Assembly: GCA_963703225.1 (NCBI GenBank)
Contig: OY969801.1
Span: forward strand, 480,001 to 544,000
DNA length: 64,000 nucleotides
Origin: Candidatus Eiseniibacteriota bacterium
GTDB lineage: Bacteria > Eisenbacteria > RBG-16-71-46 > SZUA-252
Direction: 5' to 3'
The stretch's first letter is position 1; each line of letters opens with the position of its first letter. This document shows positions 45,047 to 54,866 of the stretch, in pieces. A program made the position numbers and the translations under genes. Below the pieces are notes generated by a model. The model did no database searches, was not told the origin of the DNA, and saw only the letters and a program-made list of their open reading frames with translations.

Positions 45047-45544
45047 GTGGGCGTCCTGACGTTGGAAAAGGCCACCTTTGGGGCCGGGTGTTTCTGGGGT
45101 GTTGAGGCGGCGTTCCGACAGCTTCCCGGGGTCGTGTCGACCCAGGTCGGGTACGCGGGCGGGAGCGCGCCCGCCCCGACCTACGAGCAGGTCTGCTCCG
45201 GCCGGACCGGGCACGCCGAGGCCGTCGAGGTGACGTACGATCCCACGCTCGTCACCTACGACGACCTCCTTCGTGTTTTCTGGGAGAACCACGACCCCAC
45301 CACGCCCAATCGCCAGGGGCCGGACGTGGGAGAGCAGTATCGGTCGGTGATCTTCTACCATTCGCCGGCGCAGGAAGCCGCGGCGAAGGCCTCCCAAGCC
45401 GCGCTCGAAGCGGCGAAGCGCTTTCGACGGCCGATCGTGACGCAGATCGTCTCCGCCGGTCCGTTCTACCGCGCCGAGGAGTACCACCAGCAGTACCTAG
45501 AAAAGCGCGGGCTCGCGAGCTGTCACATCTCCCCGGCGGAGTAG
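45047..45544 (+). CDS. msrA: Peptide methionine sulfoxide reductase A
   Basis: [36 protein letters not shown], terminal CH. Confidence 0.95.
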   Translation: MGVLTLEKATFGAGCFWGVEAAFRQLPGVVSTQVGYAGGSAPAPTYEQVCSGRTGHAEAVEVTYDPTLVTYDDLLRVFWENHDPTTPNRQGPDVGEQYRSVIFYHSPAQEAAAKASQAALEAAKRFRRPIVTQIVSAGPFYRAEEYHQQYLEKRGLASCHISPAE

Positions 45545-45639
45545 CCCGCGCCATGGGTGCGATGACGAAGTAACTCGCGCGGCCGCGGGCCTGGCGAAGT
45601 AACGCCCGCCACCGCCGCGGCGTGCTACGATTCGGCGTC

Positions 45640-47911
45640 ATGCTCGGGAAGACCCTCTCCCACTACACCCTCCAGAACAAGCTCGGCGCCGGCGGCATGG
45701 GCGTTGTCTACGTCGCCCGCGACGAGCGGCTGGGGCGGGACGTCGCGCTCAAGCTCCTGCCGCAGGCCGCGCTCACCGACGAGACCTCCCGCGCCCGATT
45801 CCGGCGGGAGGCCATGGCCCTCTCTCGCCTCAACCATCCCAACATCGCCACCGTCCACGATTTCGACTCGCAGGACGGGTACGACTTCCTAGTCATGGAG
45901 CTGGTGGAGGGGGAGACCCTGGCCCAAAAGCTCGCGCGCGGCGCCGCGACCGAGGCGGAGACCGTCGCGTTCGGCATCCAGGTCGCCGAGGCGTTGGAGG
46001 AGGCGCACGAGCGGGGCGTGGTCCACCGGGACTTGAAGCCCGCGAACATCATGGTGGGGCCCAAGGGGAGGGTGAAGGTGCTCGATTTCGGCCTCGCCAG
46101 GCTGCTCCGCTCCGAGGACGTGGTCGAGACCGTGAGCATCAGCGCGACGGGGACGTGGTCGGGCACGCTCCCGTACATGCCGCCGGAGCAGCTTGAGGGG
46201 GAGACATGCGACGCGCGGGGGGATCTCTACGCGCTCGGAGCGATTCTCTACGAGATGGCGACCGGTCGGCGGGCTTTCCCCGCCACGAACGCCGCGAAGC
46301 TTTTGAACGCCGTGCTCAACGAACGGCCCGCGCCTCCCTCATCCGCATGCGCGGGACTCTCACCCGCGTTCGACACCTTGGTGCTCCGCGCGTTGGAGAA
46401 GGATGCATCCCGGCGACAGGCGTCCGCCCGCGAAGTCGCCCGCGACCTCCAGGCGATCGCGGCGGGTGAGACGCGCGCGGGTGCTACCGCTCCCGCACTG
46501 GGCGGGGCGTCCGGGGCCACCGCCCCCGACCGCATTCAATCGCTCGTCGTGCTTCCCCTGGAGAATCTTTCGGGCGACCCCGAGCAGGAATATCTTCGCG
46601 GACGGGATGACCGAGGAGCTGATCGCCGATCTGGCGCAGATCCAGGCACTCCGCGTGATCTCCCGCACCTCGGCGATGCGCTACAAGAAGACCCAGAAGA
46701 CGCTCCAGGAGATCGGGCGTGAGCTGAACGTGCAGGCGGTCGTGGAAGGCTCCGTCCGCCGGCACGGCGATCGCGTGCGGATCACCGCGCAGCTCATCGA
46801 GGTCGCCTCCGACCGGCACCTCTGGGCCAAGAGCTACGAGCGCGACCTTCGCGACGTGCTGGCGCTCCAGGGGGAGGTGGCCCAGGCGATCGCCCATGAG
46901 ATTCAGGTGAAGCTCACGCCCCGCGAGGAGGCGCGGCTCGCGAAGGGGCAGCGCGTCGCCCCGCGCGCCTACGAAGCCTATCTCAAGGGGCGCCATCACT
47001 GGAACCAGCGGACGGAGGAAAGCATGCTCCGGAGCCTGGAATATTTTCGCCAGGCGATCGAGCTCGATCCAGGCTGGCCGACGGCCCACGTTGGGCTCGC
47101 CGACGCGTACAACGTGCTCGGCTACTTCGGCGTTCTCGCCCCGGTCGACTGCTTTCCCAAGGCGAAGGCGGCCGCGCTCGCGGCGCTCGAGGTCGACGAG
47201 GGCCTTGGCCAGGCGCACGCCGCGCTCGCGTATGTTCAGCACTACTATGAATGGGATTGGGGGGCCGCCCGGCAGAGTTTCCTGCGGGCCCTCCAGCGGA
47301 ACGAGGGAGACGCCTACATCCACCTCTTCTACATGAACTATCTCTCGGCGACGGGCCAGCACAAGGAAGCCATCCGCGAGATGGACCGCGCCCTAGAGCT
47401 CGACCCGCTCTCGATGATCATCAATACCGCGGTCGGTTGGTGTCGATTCTTCGCCGGCGACTATGCGGAGGGGGTCCGCCTCACACGCCGAGCGACCGAG
47501 CTCTTTCCCGAGTTCCTGCCCGCGAGGGTCTGGTTTTCACTGATCCTGGAGCAGCACGGGCAATTCGAAGAGGCGCTCGCTCAAGCGGAGCGCGGAGCCG
47601 CGATCGGAGGACGAACCCCGGCCGTGTTGGCCGCGTTGGGCCGGACCTACGCCCGGCTCGGACGGACCGAAGAAGCCGAGGCGATCGTCCGCGAGCTTCA
47701 CGAGCTCTCCAAGCGGCGATACGTCTCGCCCTACGACATCGCGGTCGTCCTGGAAGCGCTGAACCGCCCATCCGACGCGCTCGACCAGCTCGAGCGCGCA
47801 TACTCGGGCCGCGCCAATTTCCTGGCCCTCTCGAAGGTCGACCCCCGCCTCACGGGGCTCCGCCGCGAGCCGCGCTTTGAGGACCTCCAGCGGCGATTGG
47901 CGCTCCCGTAG
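45640..47911 (+). CDS. Hanks-type Ser/Thr protein kinase with TolB-N-like domain and TPRs; frameshift near 46595
   Basis: LGAGGMG, VALK, HRDLKPAN, DFG, GTLPYMPPE; SLVVLPLENLS..PEQEY joins FADGMTEELI and TPRs in frame 46403..47911. TGcTACGAT lies 8 nt upstream of the ATG. Confidence 0.9.
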
Positions 47912-47990
47912 CGGGGCCATGGCCACTCCGGGCGCCGGCCCGGGAGATCCCACACCCGCCCATTTCACCCCGCCAGCCCTCACTTCTTCC

Positions 47991-48018
47991 TAATCTTTCA
48001 CCCCCAACAGGCCGATAA
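47991..48018 (+). promoter_or_regulatory. sigma28/FliA-like promoter candidate
   Basis: TAATC-15 bp-GCCGATAA upstream of the bEBP. Confidence 0.5.
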
Positions 48019-48072
48019 CGTTTCCGTTAGGGGCAGAAGCCCTTGTCTGGTCAACGGGGGAGTCCGAACGCC

Positions 48073-49515
48073 ATGAATCTAAATGTGGCTATCATCATGC
48101 CTTCCGGCTCCGAACGGGATCGTCTGGCGGAGCACGTCGAGGGGCAGGGCTGCGCCGTCCAGATCGCGGACGACGTCACCCAGTTCCTCGCGCGTGGCGG
48201 CGAGGAGGGCTGTTCGCTCGGAATTCTCGATTTCGGCGAGGCGCACGCGGGGGGAACGACCAACGGCGCTCCGGGGGCGCCGGGGCAGGGCGAGAGGCGG
48301 GAGGCCGTGCGGCTTCTCAAGCAGCGCGCGCCGCGCATGCAGCTCGCCCTTTGGCTCGATCGTGCCGAAGCCGCCGATGGGGCGGAGATGAACGAGCTCG
48401 GCATCCGGAACATCTTCCTCAAGCCGGTCCGCTTCGAGCCGATCGACGGCATCCTCAAGGCCGCGGGCCGGAGCGCGGTCCAGCAGGTCCGCGAGCAGCG
48501 CGAGAGCGCCCGCGTCCAGGAGGAGTTTCGGTTCGATCGGATCGTGGGCGAGAGCGCCCAGATCCGCGAGTCGATCGAGCTGGCTCGAAACGTCGCGTCC
48601 TCGGGGGCCACATCGGTCCTGGTGCTGGGGGAGAGCGGCGTCGGAAAGGAGCTGTTCGCCCGGGCGATACACGGGGAAAGCCCGCGGTCCAAGGGTCCTT
48701 TCATGGAGATCAACTGCGCCGCCATTCCGCGCGAGCTCCTCGAGAGCGAGCTCTTCGGGCACGAGAAGGGTGCCTTCACCGACGCCACCGCGCTTCGCAT
48801 CGGGCTCTTCGAGGCGGCCGAGCACGGCTCGGTCTTTCTCGACGAGGTGGGCGAGTTGCCATTGACGCTCCAGGCCAAGCTCCTCAAATTCCTCGATTCG
48901 AAGATCGTCCGCCGGGTGGGCGGCTCCCGCGACATCCAGGTCGACGTGCGGATCCTCGCCGCGACCAATCGCGCGCTTGTCGATGAGGTGCGCCAGGGCC
49001 GGTTCCGCGAGGACCTCTACTACCGTCTCAATGTCGTGCCGATCGAGATTCCGCCGCTCCGCGGGCGCGAAGGAGACGCGGTGCTCCTCGCCCGCCTCTT
49101 CGTCGAGCGGGTGGGCCGGAAGCTGGGCAAGAAAGCCCGCCTCGTGGCACAGGCCGAGCGCGAGATCGGCCGCTACCCGTGGCCCGGGAACGTGCGAGAG
49201 CTGATGAACGTGATCGAGCGCGCGGTGCTCCTCGCGCGGGCCGAGGAGATCGGTCCCGACGAGCTCGCGATTCCCAAGATCCGCGACCGCGCTTCCGAGA
49301 ATGTCGACATCGCCGACCTCGGGATCCGTCTGCCCGCCGAGGGGATCTCGCTCGTCGCGGTGGAGAAGGTGGTGATCGAGGAGGCCTTGACCCGCACCCA
49401 CGGAAACGTGGTAGAGGCGGCCCGCCTGCTCCACATCGGGAGGGGCAGCCTCCGATGCAAGATGCGCCGCCACGGGCTCACCCGCGAGGAGCCTTCGCGC
49501 GTCGGCGTCGCCTAG
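48073..49515 (+). CDS. sigma54-dependent activator with atypical receiver domain
   Basis: Degenerate REC (ILDF, FLKP), GESGVGKE, GAFTDA, REDLYYRL, WPGNVREL, HTH. Confidence 0.88.
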   Translation: MNLNVAIIMPSGSERDRLAEHVEGQGCAVQIADDVTQFLARGGEEGCSLGILDFGEAHAGGTTNGAPGAPGQGERREAVRLLKQRAPRMQLALWLDRAEAADGAEMNELGIRNIFLKPVRFEPIDGILKAAGRSAVQQVREQRESARVQEEFRFDRIVGESAQIRESIELARNVASSGATSVLVLGESGVGKELFARAIHGESPRSKGPFMEINCAAIPRELLESELFGHEKGAFTDATALRIGLFEAAEHGSVFLDEVGELPLTLQAKLLKFLDSKIVRRVGGSRDIQVDVRILAATNRALVDEVRQGRFREDLYYRLNVVPIEIPPLRGREGDAVLLARLFVERVGRKLGKKARLVAQAEREIGRYPWPGNVRELMNVIERAVLLARAEEIGPDELAIPKIRDRASENVDIADLGIRLPAEGISLVAVEKVVIEEALTRTHGNVVEAARLLHIGRGSLRCKMRRHGLTREEPSRVGVA

Positions 49516-49536
49516 GTAAACGTCGCCGCGAATCCC

Positions 49537-50262
49537 CTACCTCTGCCTCGCCAAGATCCCGCTGAACACGTCCATCCACGCGTGCGCCACCATCCCGGGC
49601 CGCAAGCTCTTTCGCCACCGCGCGAGAATTCCGTACGCCACCGCGAGAATCGCGATCGTGATCACCAGTCGCGTCCCCTGGTAGCCGTGCGAGACGCCGA
49701 AGATCGCTGCCTGCCCGAGGATGCCCACCACCACGCTCCCACTCATGGCGTGGAGCTGCCTCTGGAGATAGCCCCGGAAGATCGCCTCTTCACAGAAGCC
49801 TGCCGTTAGGGAAAGCACGATCCAGATCGGGATCTCAATAGGGCCCTGGGGCAGAAGTGTTCCGATCCCCTTGGCGCTATCGGGTCCGAGGAAGCGGTCG
49901 ACGAGTGTCTGTCCCGCGCCCCATGCGAGCCAGAACCCAAGGCCGATAACGAGGTCGCGGAGGACGTCCTTCCAGCTGGACCACCGCCCGGAGACGAGAT
50001 CGCGGAGCTTCAAGCCGCTCCGCCGGATCCCGATGAGCACGAAACGAAGCAAAGCCCACTCCGCCACGATCAGGGAGAGGTAGAGGGAAATCGCCCCGCG
50101 GTGCTCTGCCACGATCTGGCTCCCGTCGCGCGACGCGCTCTGGAGATGCGCCCCGTACCCCGCGATCGCAAGCAAGATTCCAACCAGCGCCAGCGTATGC
50201 CAGAGGGGCGCCAGTAACTTTCGGTCAGCTGGTCTTGATTCTGCCGATTCGTCGGGTTCCAT
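49537..50262 (-). CDS. CPBP (CAAX/Abi) family intramembrane glutamic endopeptidase
   Basis: AGFCEEAIFRGYL, FGVSHGYQG, LRPGMVAH..MD. Confidence 0.9.
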   Translation of the reverse strand: MEPDESAESRPADRKLLAPLWHTLALVGILLAIAGYGAHLQSASRDGSQIVAEHRGAISLYLSLIVAEWALLRFVLIGIRRSGLKLRDLVSGRWSSWKDVLRDLVIGLGFWLAWGAGQTLVDRFLGPDSAKGIGTLLPQGPIEIPIWIVLSLTAGFCEEAIFRGYLQRQLHAMSGSVVVGILGQAAIFGVSHGYQGTRLVITIAILAVAYGILARWRKSLRPGMVAHAWMDVFSGILARQR

Positions 50263-50827
50263 CTCGTCCACCCTTTCTGAGCCGGGCGCGAATTCGCCGA
50301 ATGGACTCATCACACCACCGCAGCTTGGCAACCTGGGAGAGCACACCCCACCGGAGCGAGAGCTGGACGTGGAAATCGGGAAGGGGGGCCACCTCCGGGT
50401 AGGCGGGGTCTGCCTGGGCCCACCGGCGCTCGATTTGCCGGAGCTCACGCAGACGTTGGGCCACGCTCTCCCTCAGCGCTCCGAAGAACTCGAGCGTCTT
50501 TCCCAGGTCTCCCAGCTCGTCCATCAGATAGATCTGGGCAAGAAAGGCGAGCCGCTCGTCCCCGACCTGGGGACCCCCGGAGAGCCACGCCTGGAGCGCC
50601 TTCCTTCCCGGGGGGGTGATCTCGTACACCCGCCGCCCCCGGCCTCGCTTCGCCGGGGCGCTCCGCGAGCGAAGCCAACCCTTCTTCTCCAACCGCTTCA
50701 GCGTGGGATAGATCTGGCTCAGCTCGGCCGACCAGAAGTGTCCGATGCCCTCATCGAACATCGCCTTCAGATCGAATCCGCTGGCGGGTTGGCGCAAGAG
50801 GCCGAGGAGCACGTGGTCGAGGCTCAT
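50225..50827 (-). CDS. PadR family transcriptional regulator
   Basis: MSL.HVLLGLL, SGFDL, FWSA..SQIYP.L, RRVYEIT..G, helical C-terminal domain. Confidence 0.92.
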   Translation of the reverse strand: MSLDHVLLGLLRQPASGFDLKAMFDEGIGHFWSAELSQIYPTLKRLEKKGWLRSRSAPAKRGRGRRVYEITPPGRKALQAWLSGGPQVGDERLAFLAQIYLMDELGDLGKTLEFFGALRESVAQRLRELRQIERRWAQADPAYPEVAPLPDFHVQLSLRWGVLSQVAKLRWCDESIRRIRARLRKGGRDGTRRIGRIKTS

Positions 50828-50834
50828 GGGCGGA

Positions 50835-50862
50835 ATAATATAACTAATTATATAAATGTCAA
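50835..50862 (-). promoter_or_regulatory. Leaderless padR promoter with overlapping palindromic operator
   Basis: TTGACA-16 bp-TATTAT ending 7 nt before ATG50827; palindrome ATATAA-CTAA-TTATAT at 50838-50853. Confidence 0.7.
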
Positions 50863-50938
50863 TATTAATTCCAGGCGCGGCCCGGCCCCGCTCGGCCGCC
50901 GGCCACCCACGGCCACACCGATCTCCGCCGCCCCGCGC

Positions 50939-50967
50939 TTGACACCGCCGCCGGGGCTATCTAGCCT
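50939..50967 (+). promoter_or_regulatory. sigma70-type promoter of the ECF operon
   Basis: TTGACA-17 bp-TAGCCT. Confidence 0.6.
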
Positions 50968-51021
50968 AGGATGTTTTTCGAACCGATCCCCAATCGATCG
51001 CATCCTAGGAACGAGGCACCC

Positions 51022-51624
51022 GTGCCCTCTCCGGAAACGGACGAGCAGCTTGTCCGCAAGGCTCAACAGGATGACGAGCGGGCCTTTGGCGAGTTAGTTC
51101 ATCGCTATGAGTCCAAGGTCTACAGTTTGGCGCTGAAGATGCTACGAAACCCGGAAGACGCAGAGGATGTCCTCCAAGACACGTTTCTTCGCGCCTATCG
51201 CGGCATCAAATCCTTCCAGGGGAACTCGACATTCTCGACTTGGATCTACCGCATCACGGCCAACTCCGCCCTGATGCGATTGCGCCGAAAACACCTTCCC
51301 ACGGTTTCAATCGACGACGCGGATGAGCGGGAAGCCCCGATCAACATCGCCGATTGGGCGCCTGGGCCCGTAGAGCAGCTCCTCAACCAGGAGACCCAAC
51401 AGGCGATGAACGACGCCGTCGAGTCGCTTCCCCCCGAGTTTCGCCAAGTTTTCGTCCTGCGCGACATCGAGGAGTTGTCCAATTCCGAAGTGGCGGAGAT
51501 CCTCGATCTCTCGGTGGCGGCCGTGAAGTCCCGGCTCCACCGGGCGCGCCTCAAGGTCCGGGACCGGCTCACGCCGTTTTTCACCGAGCCGAAATCGCGG
51601 CGCGCGATGGGAGCCAAACCATGA
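51022..51624 (+). CDS. ECF RNA polymerase sigma factor
   Basis: DEQLV...AF..LV.RY, DAEDVLQDTF, FSTWIYRI, LP..FR.VFVLRDIEELS..EVA, VKSRLHRAR. Confidence 0.93.
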   Translation: MPSPETDEQLVRKAQQDDERAFGELVHRYESKVYSLALKMLRNPEDAEDVLQDTFLRAYRGIKSFQGNSTFSTWIYRITANSALMRLRRKHLPTVSIDDADEREAPINIADWAPGPVEQLLNQETQQAMNDAVESLPPEFRQVFVLRDIEELSNSEVAEILDLSVAAVKSRLHRARLKVRDRLTPFFTEPKSRRAMGAKP

Positions 51625-51890
51625 TGACTTGCAAGGAGGTACTCGAGTCCCTCTCCTCGTATCTCGACGAAGATCTCAAGCAGGAGGTCGCCGTCGAGAT
51701 GCACAAACACATCGGACTCTGCAGCGACTGCCGCGCCGAGTTCGACACGCTGACGATGACCATCAAGCTCTACCGCCGTATGGACACGCCCCCGATGCCC
51801 GCTGCCTGCCACGAACGCCTCGTCAAGGTCCTCGAGATCGAGAAGATGCGGAAGAAGGGCGGGCCGCCCACCCCTGGCGCGGGAGCATGA
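51621..51890 (+). CDS. Soluble zinc-finger (ZAS, zf-HC2) anti-sigma factor
   Basis: MTC.EV...LSSYLD..L, HIGLCSDC (HxxxCxxC); ATGA-coupled to the ECF gene; no TM. Confidence 0.88.
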   Translation: MMTCKEVLESLSSYLDEDLKQEVAVEMHKHIGLCSDCRAEFDTLTMTIKLYRRMDTPPMPAACHERLVKVLEIEKMRKKGGPPTPGAGA

Positions 51891-52879
51891 CCAAGGCGGG
51901 AGAACCGAAAGCAGAGTCCGATCCCCGCCGGATCCACCTCTTTCGCCCGCAGAACCAGCTCGGCGACCTCCTCCTCAACGTCCCGGCCATTCGGGCCATT
52001 CGAATCCGCTTTCCCCGCGCGCACCTGACCCTCGTCGTCGGTCGCCAGAACGAAGCGGCCGTCCTGGGCCAGCCCTGGGCCGACGAAGTCCGCGTGGTGG
52101 ACGCTCGGGGTCTTGTGGGCATCCTCCGCGCCGCGCTTCCACGCGGGGCGCGCCCCGATCTCGCGGTGTACTTCACGACCGTTTCGTATTCCAAGGGCGG
52201 CGCGATCCTGGCGCGTGCCTCGCGGGCGCCCGTGCGGGTCGGGTTCGATCCGGCGCGCTATGGGATGAGGGACCTCGCGGGATTGACCCGCGCGCTCCCC
52301 TATCCGGACCGGCCCCTGCACCAATCGGAGGTGAGCCTGGCCCTGGCCGCCGCGGTCGGGGCCGGGGCGCCCCCGCCGCCGCCTCACTTCATCGCCGATC
52401 CTGCGCTGGCCGCACAGGCGCCTTCGAGCGTCGCCTACCTCCATCCGGGCGCCGGCAAGACGAAGAATCGGTGGCCTGCCGAACGGTTCGCAGCCGTCGC
52501 GAGGGAGCTTCTCGCGCGCGGCATGGACGTGCACTGGATCGAGGGACCTCAAGATTCGGGCTGCGTCGAGAGCGCCACCCGATCGCTCGGCCATTCGCTC
52601 CCGATCGTGCGAGGCGAGTCGATCGCGCGCTTGGCGGCGCGATTCTCCAGGGCGGCGCTTTACGTTGGAAACGACACGGGCCCGCTCCACCTCGCGGGAG
52701 CGACCGGGTGCCCGACGGTGGGCGTCTACGGCTGGTCCGACCCGGCGGAGTGGGCGCCGGTGGGGCGCACGGTCCGGAGCGTGCGCTCCGCCGATCACTC
52801 GCTGGAATCGATTACCCCAGAACAAGTGCTCGACACGGCGTTGCCCCTTCTCATGGAGGAACGATGCGCGACGGCATGA
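51887..52879 (+). CDS. Glycosyltransferase family 9 (heptosyltransferase-like)
   Basis: QLGDLLL.VP, LHPGAG...RW, YVGNDTGPLHLA. Confidence 0.85.
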   Translation: MTKAGEPKAESDPRRIHLFRPQNQLGDLLLNVPAIRAIRIRFPRAHLTLVVGRQNEAAVLGQPWADEVRVVDARGLVGILRAALPRGARPDLAVYFTTVSYSKGGAILARASRAPVRVGFDPARYGMRDLAGLTRALPYPDRPLHQSEVSLALAAAVGAGAPPPPPHFIADPALAAQAPSSVAYLHPGAGKTKNRWPAERFAAVARELLARGMDVHWIEGPQDSGCVESATRSLGHSLPIVRGESIARLAARFSRAALYVGNDTGPLHLAGATGCPTVGVYGWSDPAEWAPVGRTVRSVRSADHSLESITPEQVLDTALPLLMEERCATA

Positions 52880-54816
52880 CGCGACGGATCACCTTGCGTG
52901 CGGTGTGGACCATCGCGGCCATCCTCGCGCTCCTCGGGGCGACGCCGGCCAAGGCGCAGAAGAGCTCGCCCAACCCGAGCCTTGCCGCCATATCAGACCG
53001 GGAGGGTGCGCGGGATACGACCGGCCTCTCGGTCTTCCTGCTGGAAGACGCGACGCCCAAGGTGCGCGCCGCCGCGGCGGTCGCTTTGGGCCGCATCCAG
53101 GATCGGGGGAGCGTTCCGGCGCTGACGCTCGCGCTTCGCGACCGGGTCGTCCTTGTGCGGCGGGAGGCGGCGTTTGCCCTAGGGCTGGTGGGGGATTCCC
53201 TGGCCGCGCCCGCGATCGTGCAGCGGCTCCGCGCCGAGCCGGATGTGACGGTCCGTGCCTCGCTGGTCACGGCGCTCGGCATGCTCGGCGCCCGCTCGGC
53301 CGGCCCCGCCCTGGCGAAGTCGCTCCGAGCGCCCCACGCCACCGAGCGGTGGGCCGCCGCGCTCGCCGCGGCGCGCGCGCGGGATTCCTCGCTGGTCGAG
53401 CCGCTCGCGGCCGCGGCCAAGGACGCGCGGCCCGAGATGCGGTGGCGGGTTGCCTATGCGCTGGGACGGATCGGGGATCGACGGGGGTCGGCGGCTCTCA
53501 GGCGTCTCTCCACGGACAAGATCGACATGGTTCGCTACAGCGCGGCGCGAGGCCTGGGGGAGGTGGGAGACTCCGCCGCGGCGCCGAGGCTTGTGGCGCT
53601 CCTCGCCGACAGCTCGTGGCGGGTGCGCGTGAACTCGGCTCACGCGCTCGGCGCGCTCCAAGCGAGGCGGGACGCGCGGTCGCTTCGTCCGCTCCTCAAA
53701 GATCCGAGCCCGCACGTCCGCTGGGAAGCGGCCTTGGCGCTCGGCGCGATCCGCGATTCGGCCGCCGTTCCCGCATTGACCGCGGCCTTGCAAGATAGCG
53801 CGAGCGGCGTGGTGCAAGGTGCCGCGACCTCGCTCCTCTTGATCGAGGGGGATCGCGCGGTTTCCAAGATCGCGCCCGCGATCGACCTCCTGCCTGGGTT
53901 TCTCCGCTCGGGGCTGATGGAGTCGCTCGGGCCGGTGGAGGGTCCTCTGTCGCTCGAGATGCTCCTGGCGCGCGCGAAGGACGCGACCGACGCCCCGCAG
54001 ACCGCGGGCGCCTGCTCCGGGCTCGCGCGGCGTCCCGCGGACAAGGACCAGTCGGTCCCGGTCCTCCGCGCGCTCCTCGTCGGGCCGCACGACTACACGG
54101 TTGTTTGCTCGGCCATGGAGGCGCTCGGCACGCTCGGCGACAGCGTTTCGGTTCCGGCCATCGCCGGTCACATGACCCGATTCGGCGGCTCCGATGACGC
54201 GGACCTCCGCGCGTCGGCGGCCACGGCGCTCGCGGCGCTCAAGACGGGGCCGGCGCTCGACGCGCTCCGAGCCGCGCGGCTCGATCCCGAATACCGAATC
54301 CGGCAAACCGCGACGGCGGCCCTCGGCCTTCCGCCCGATTCGGTGGGTGCGCTGCCCGCGCCGGTCCTGAGGGTGGAGGCGGTCCGGTCCTCCCCCGCGA
54401 CCTCGGCCACGGTGGAGACCGAGCGCGGAACGATCCGGATCGCGCTCGACGCGGAGCACGCGCCGCGTACCGTCGAGAACTTCGCGCGCCTCGCGAAATC
54501 GGGCTACTTCGATGGCCTCGCGTTCCACCGGGTGGTACCCAATTTCGTCGTGCAGGATGGCTGCCCTCGAGGCGACGGATGGGGCGGGCCCGGCTACTCG
54601 ATTCCGTGCGAGTACAACGCGCTCCCGTACGAAGTGGGGACGGTGGGGATGGCGCTCGCGGGGAAGGACACCGGTGGGAGCCAATGGTTCATCACCCTCT
54701 CGCCTCAGCCGAGGCTGGAGGGCCGCTACACGGTCTTCGGCAGGCTGACGTCCGGAATGGCGGTCGTCGAGCGGATGATGCCGGGAGACAAGATCGTCCG
54801 CGTCACGGTGCGATGA
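52864..54816 (+). CDS. Exported HEAT-repeat protein with C-terminal cyclophilin-type peptidyl-prolyl isomerase
   Basis: Signal peptide, many VR..AA.ALG repeats, APRTVENF, FHRVVPNFVVQ.G, GMA.AGKDTGGSQWF, YTVFG. Confidence 0.9.
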   Translation: MRDGMTRRITLRAVWTIAAILALLGATPAKAQKSSPNPSLAAISDREGARDTTGLSVFLLEDATPKVRAAAAVALGRIQDRGSVPALTLALRDRVVLVRREAAFALGLVGDSLAAPAIVQRLRAEPDVTVRASLVTALGMLGARSAGPALAKSLRAPHATERWAAALAAARARDSSLVEPLAAAAKDARPEMRWRVAYALGRIGDRRGSAALRRLSTDKIDMVRYSAARGLGEVGDSAAAPRLVALLADSSWRVRVNSAHALGALQARRDARSLRPLLKDPSPHVRWEAALALGAIRDSAAVPALTAALQDSASGVVQGAATSLLLIEGDRAVSKIAPAIDLLPGFLRSGLMESLGPVEGPLSLEMLLARAKDATDAPQTAGACSGLARRPADKDQSVPVLRALLVGPHDYTVVCSAMEALGTLGDSVSVPAIAGHMTRFGGSDDADLRASAATALAALKTGPALDALRAARLDPEYRIRQTATAALGLPPDSVGALPAPVLRVEAVRSSPATSATVETERGTIRIALDAEHAPRTVENFARLAKSGYFDGLAFHRVVPNFVVQDGCPRGDGWGGPGYSIPCEYNALPYEVGTVGMALAGKDTGGSQWFITLSPQPRLEGRYTVFGRLTSGMAVVERMMPGDKIVRVTVR

Positions 54817-54866
54817 AGCGATCGGCCGGCTACCGCCCGGCCCAGGCCGCCCGGCGCCGCCCTTAG

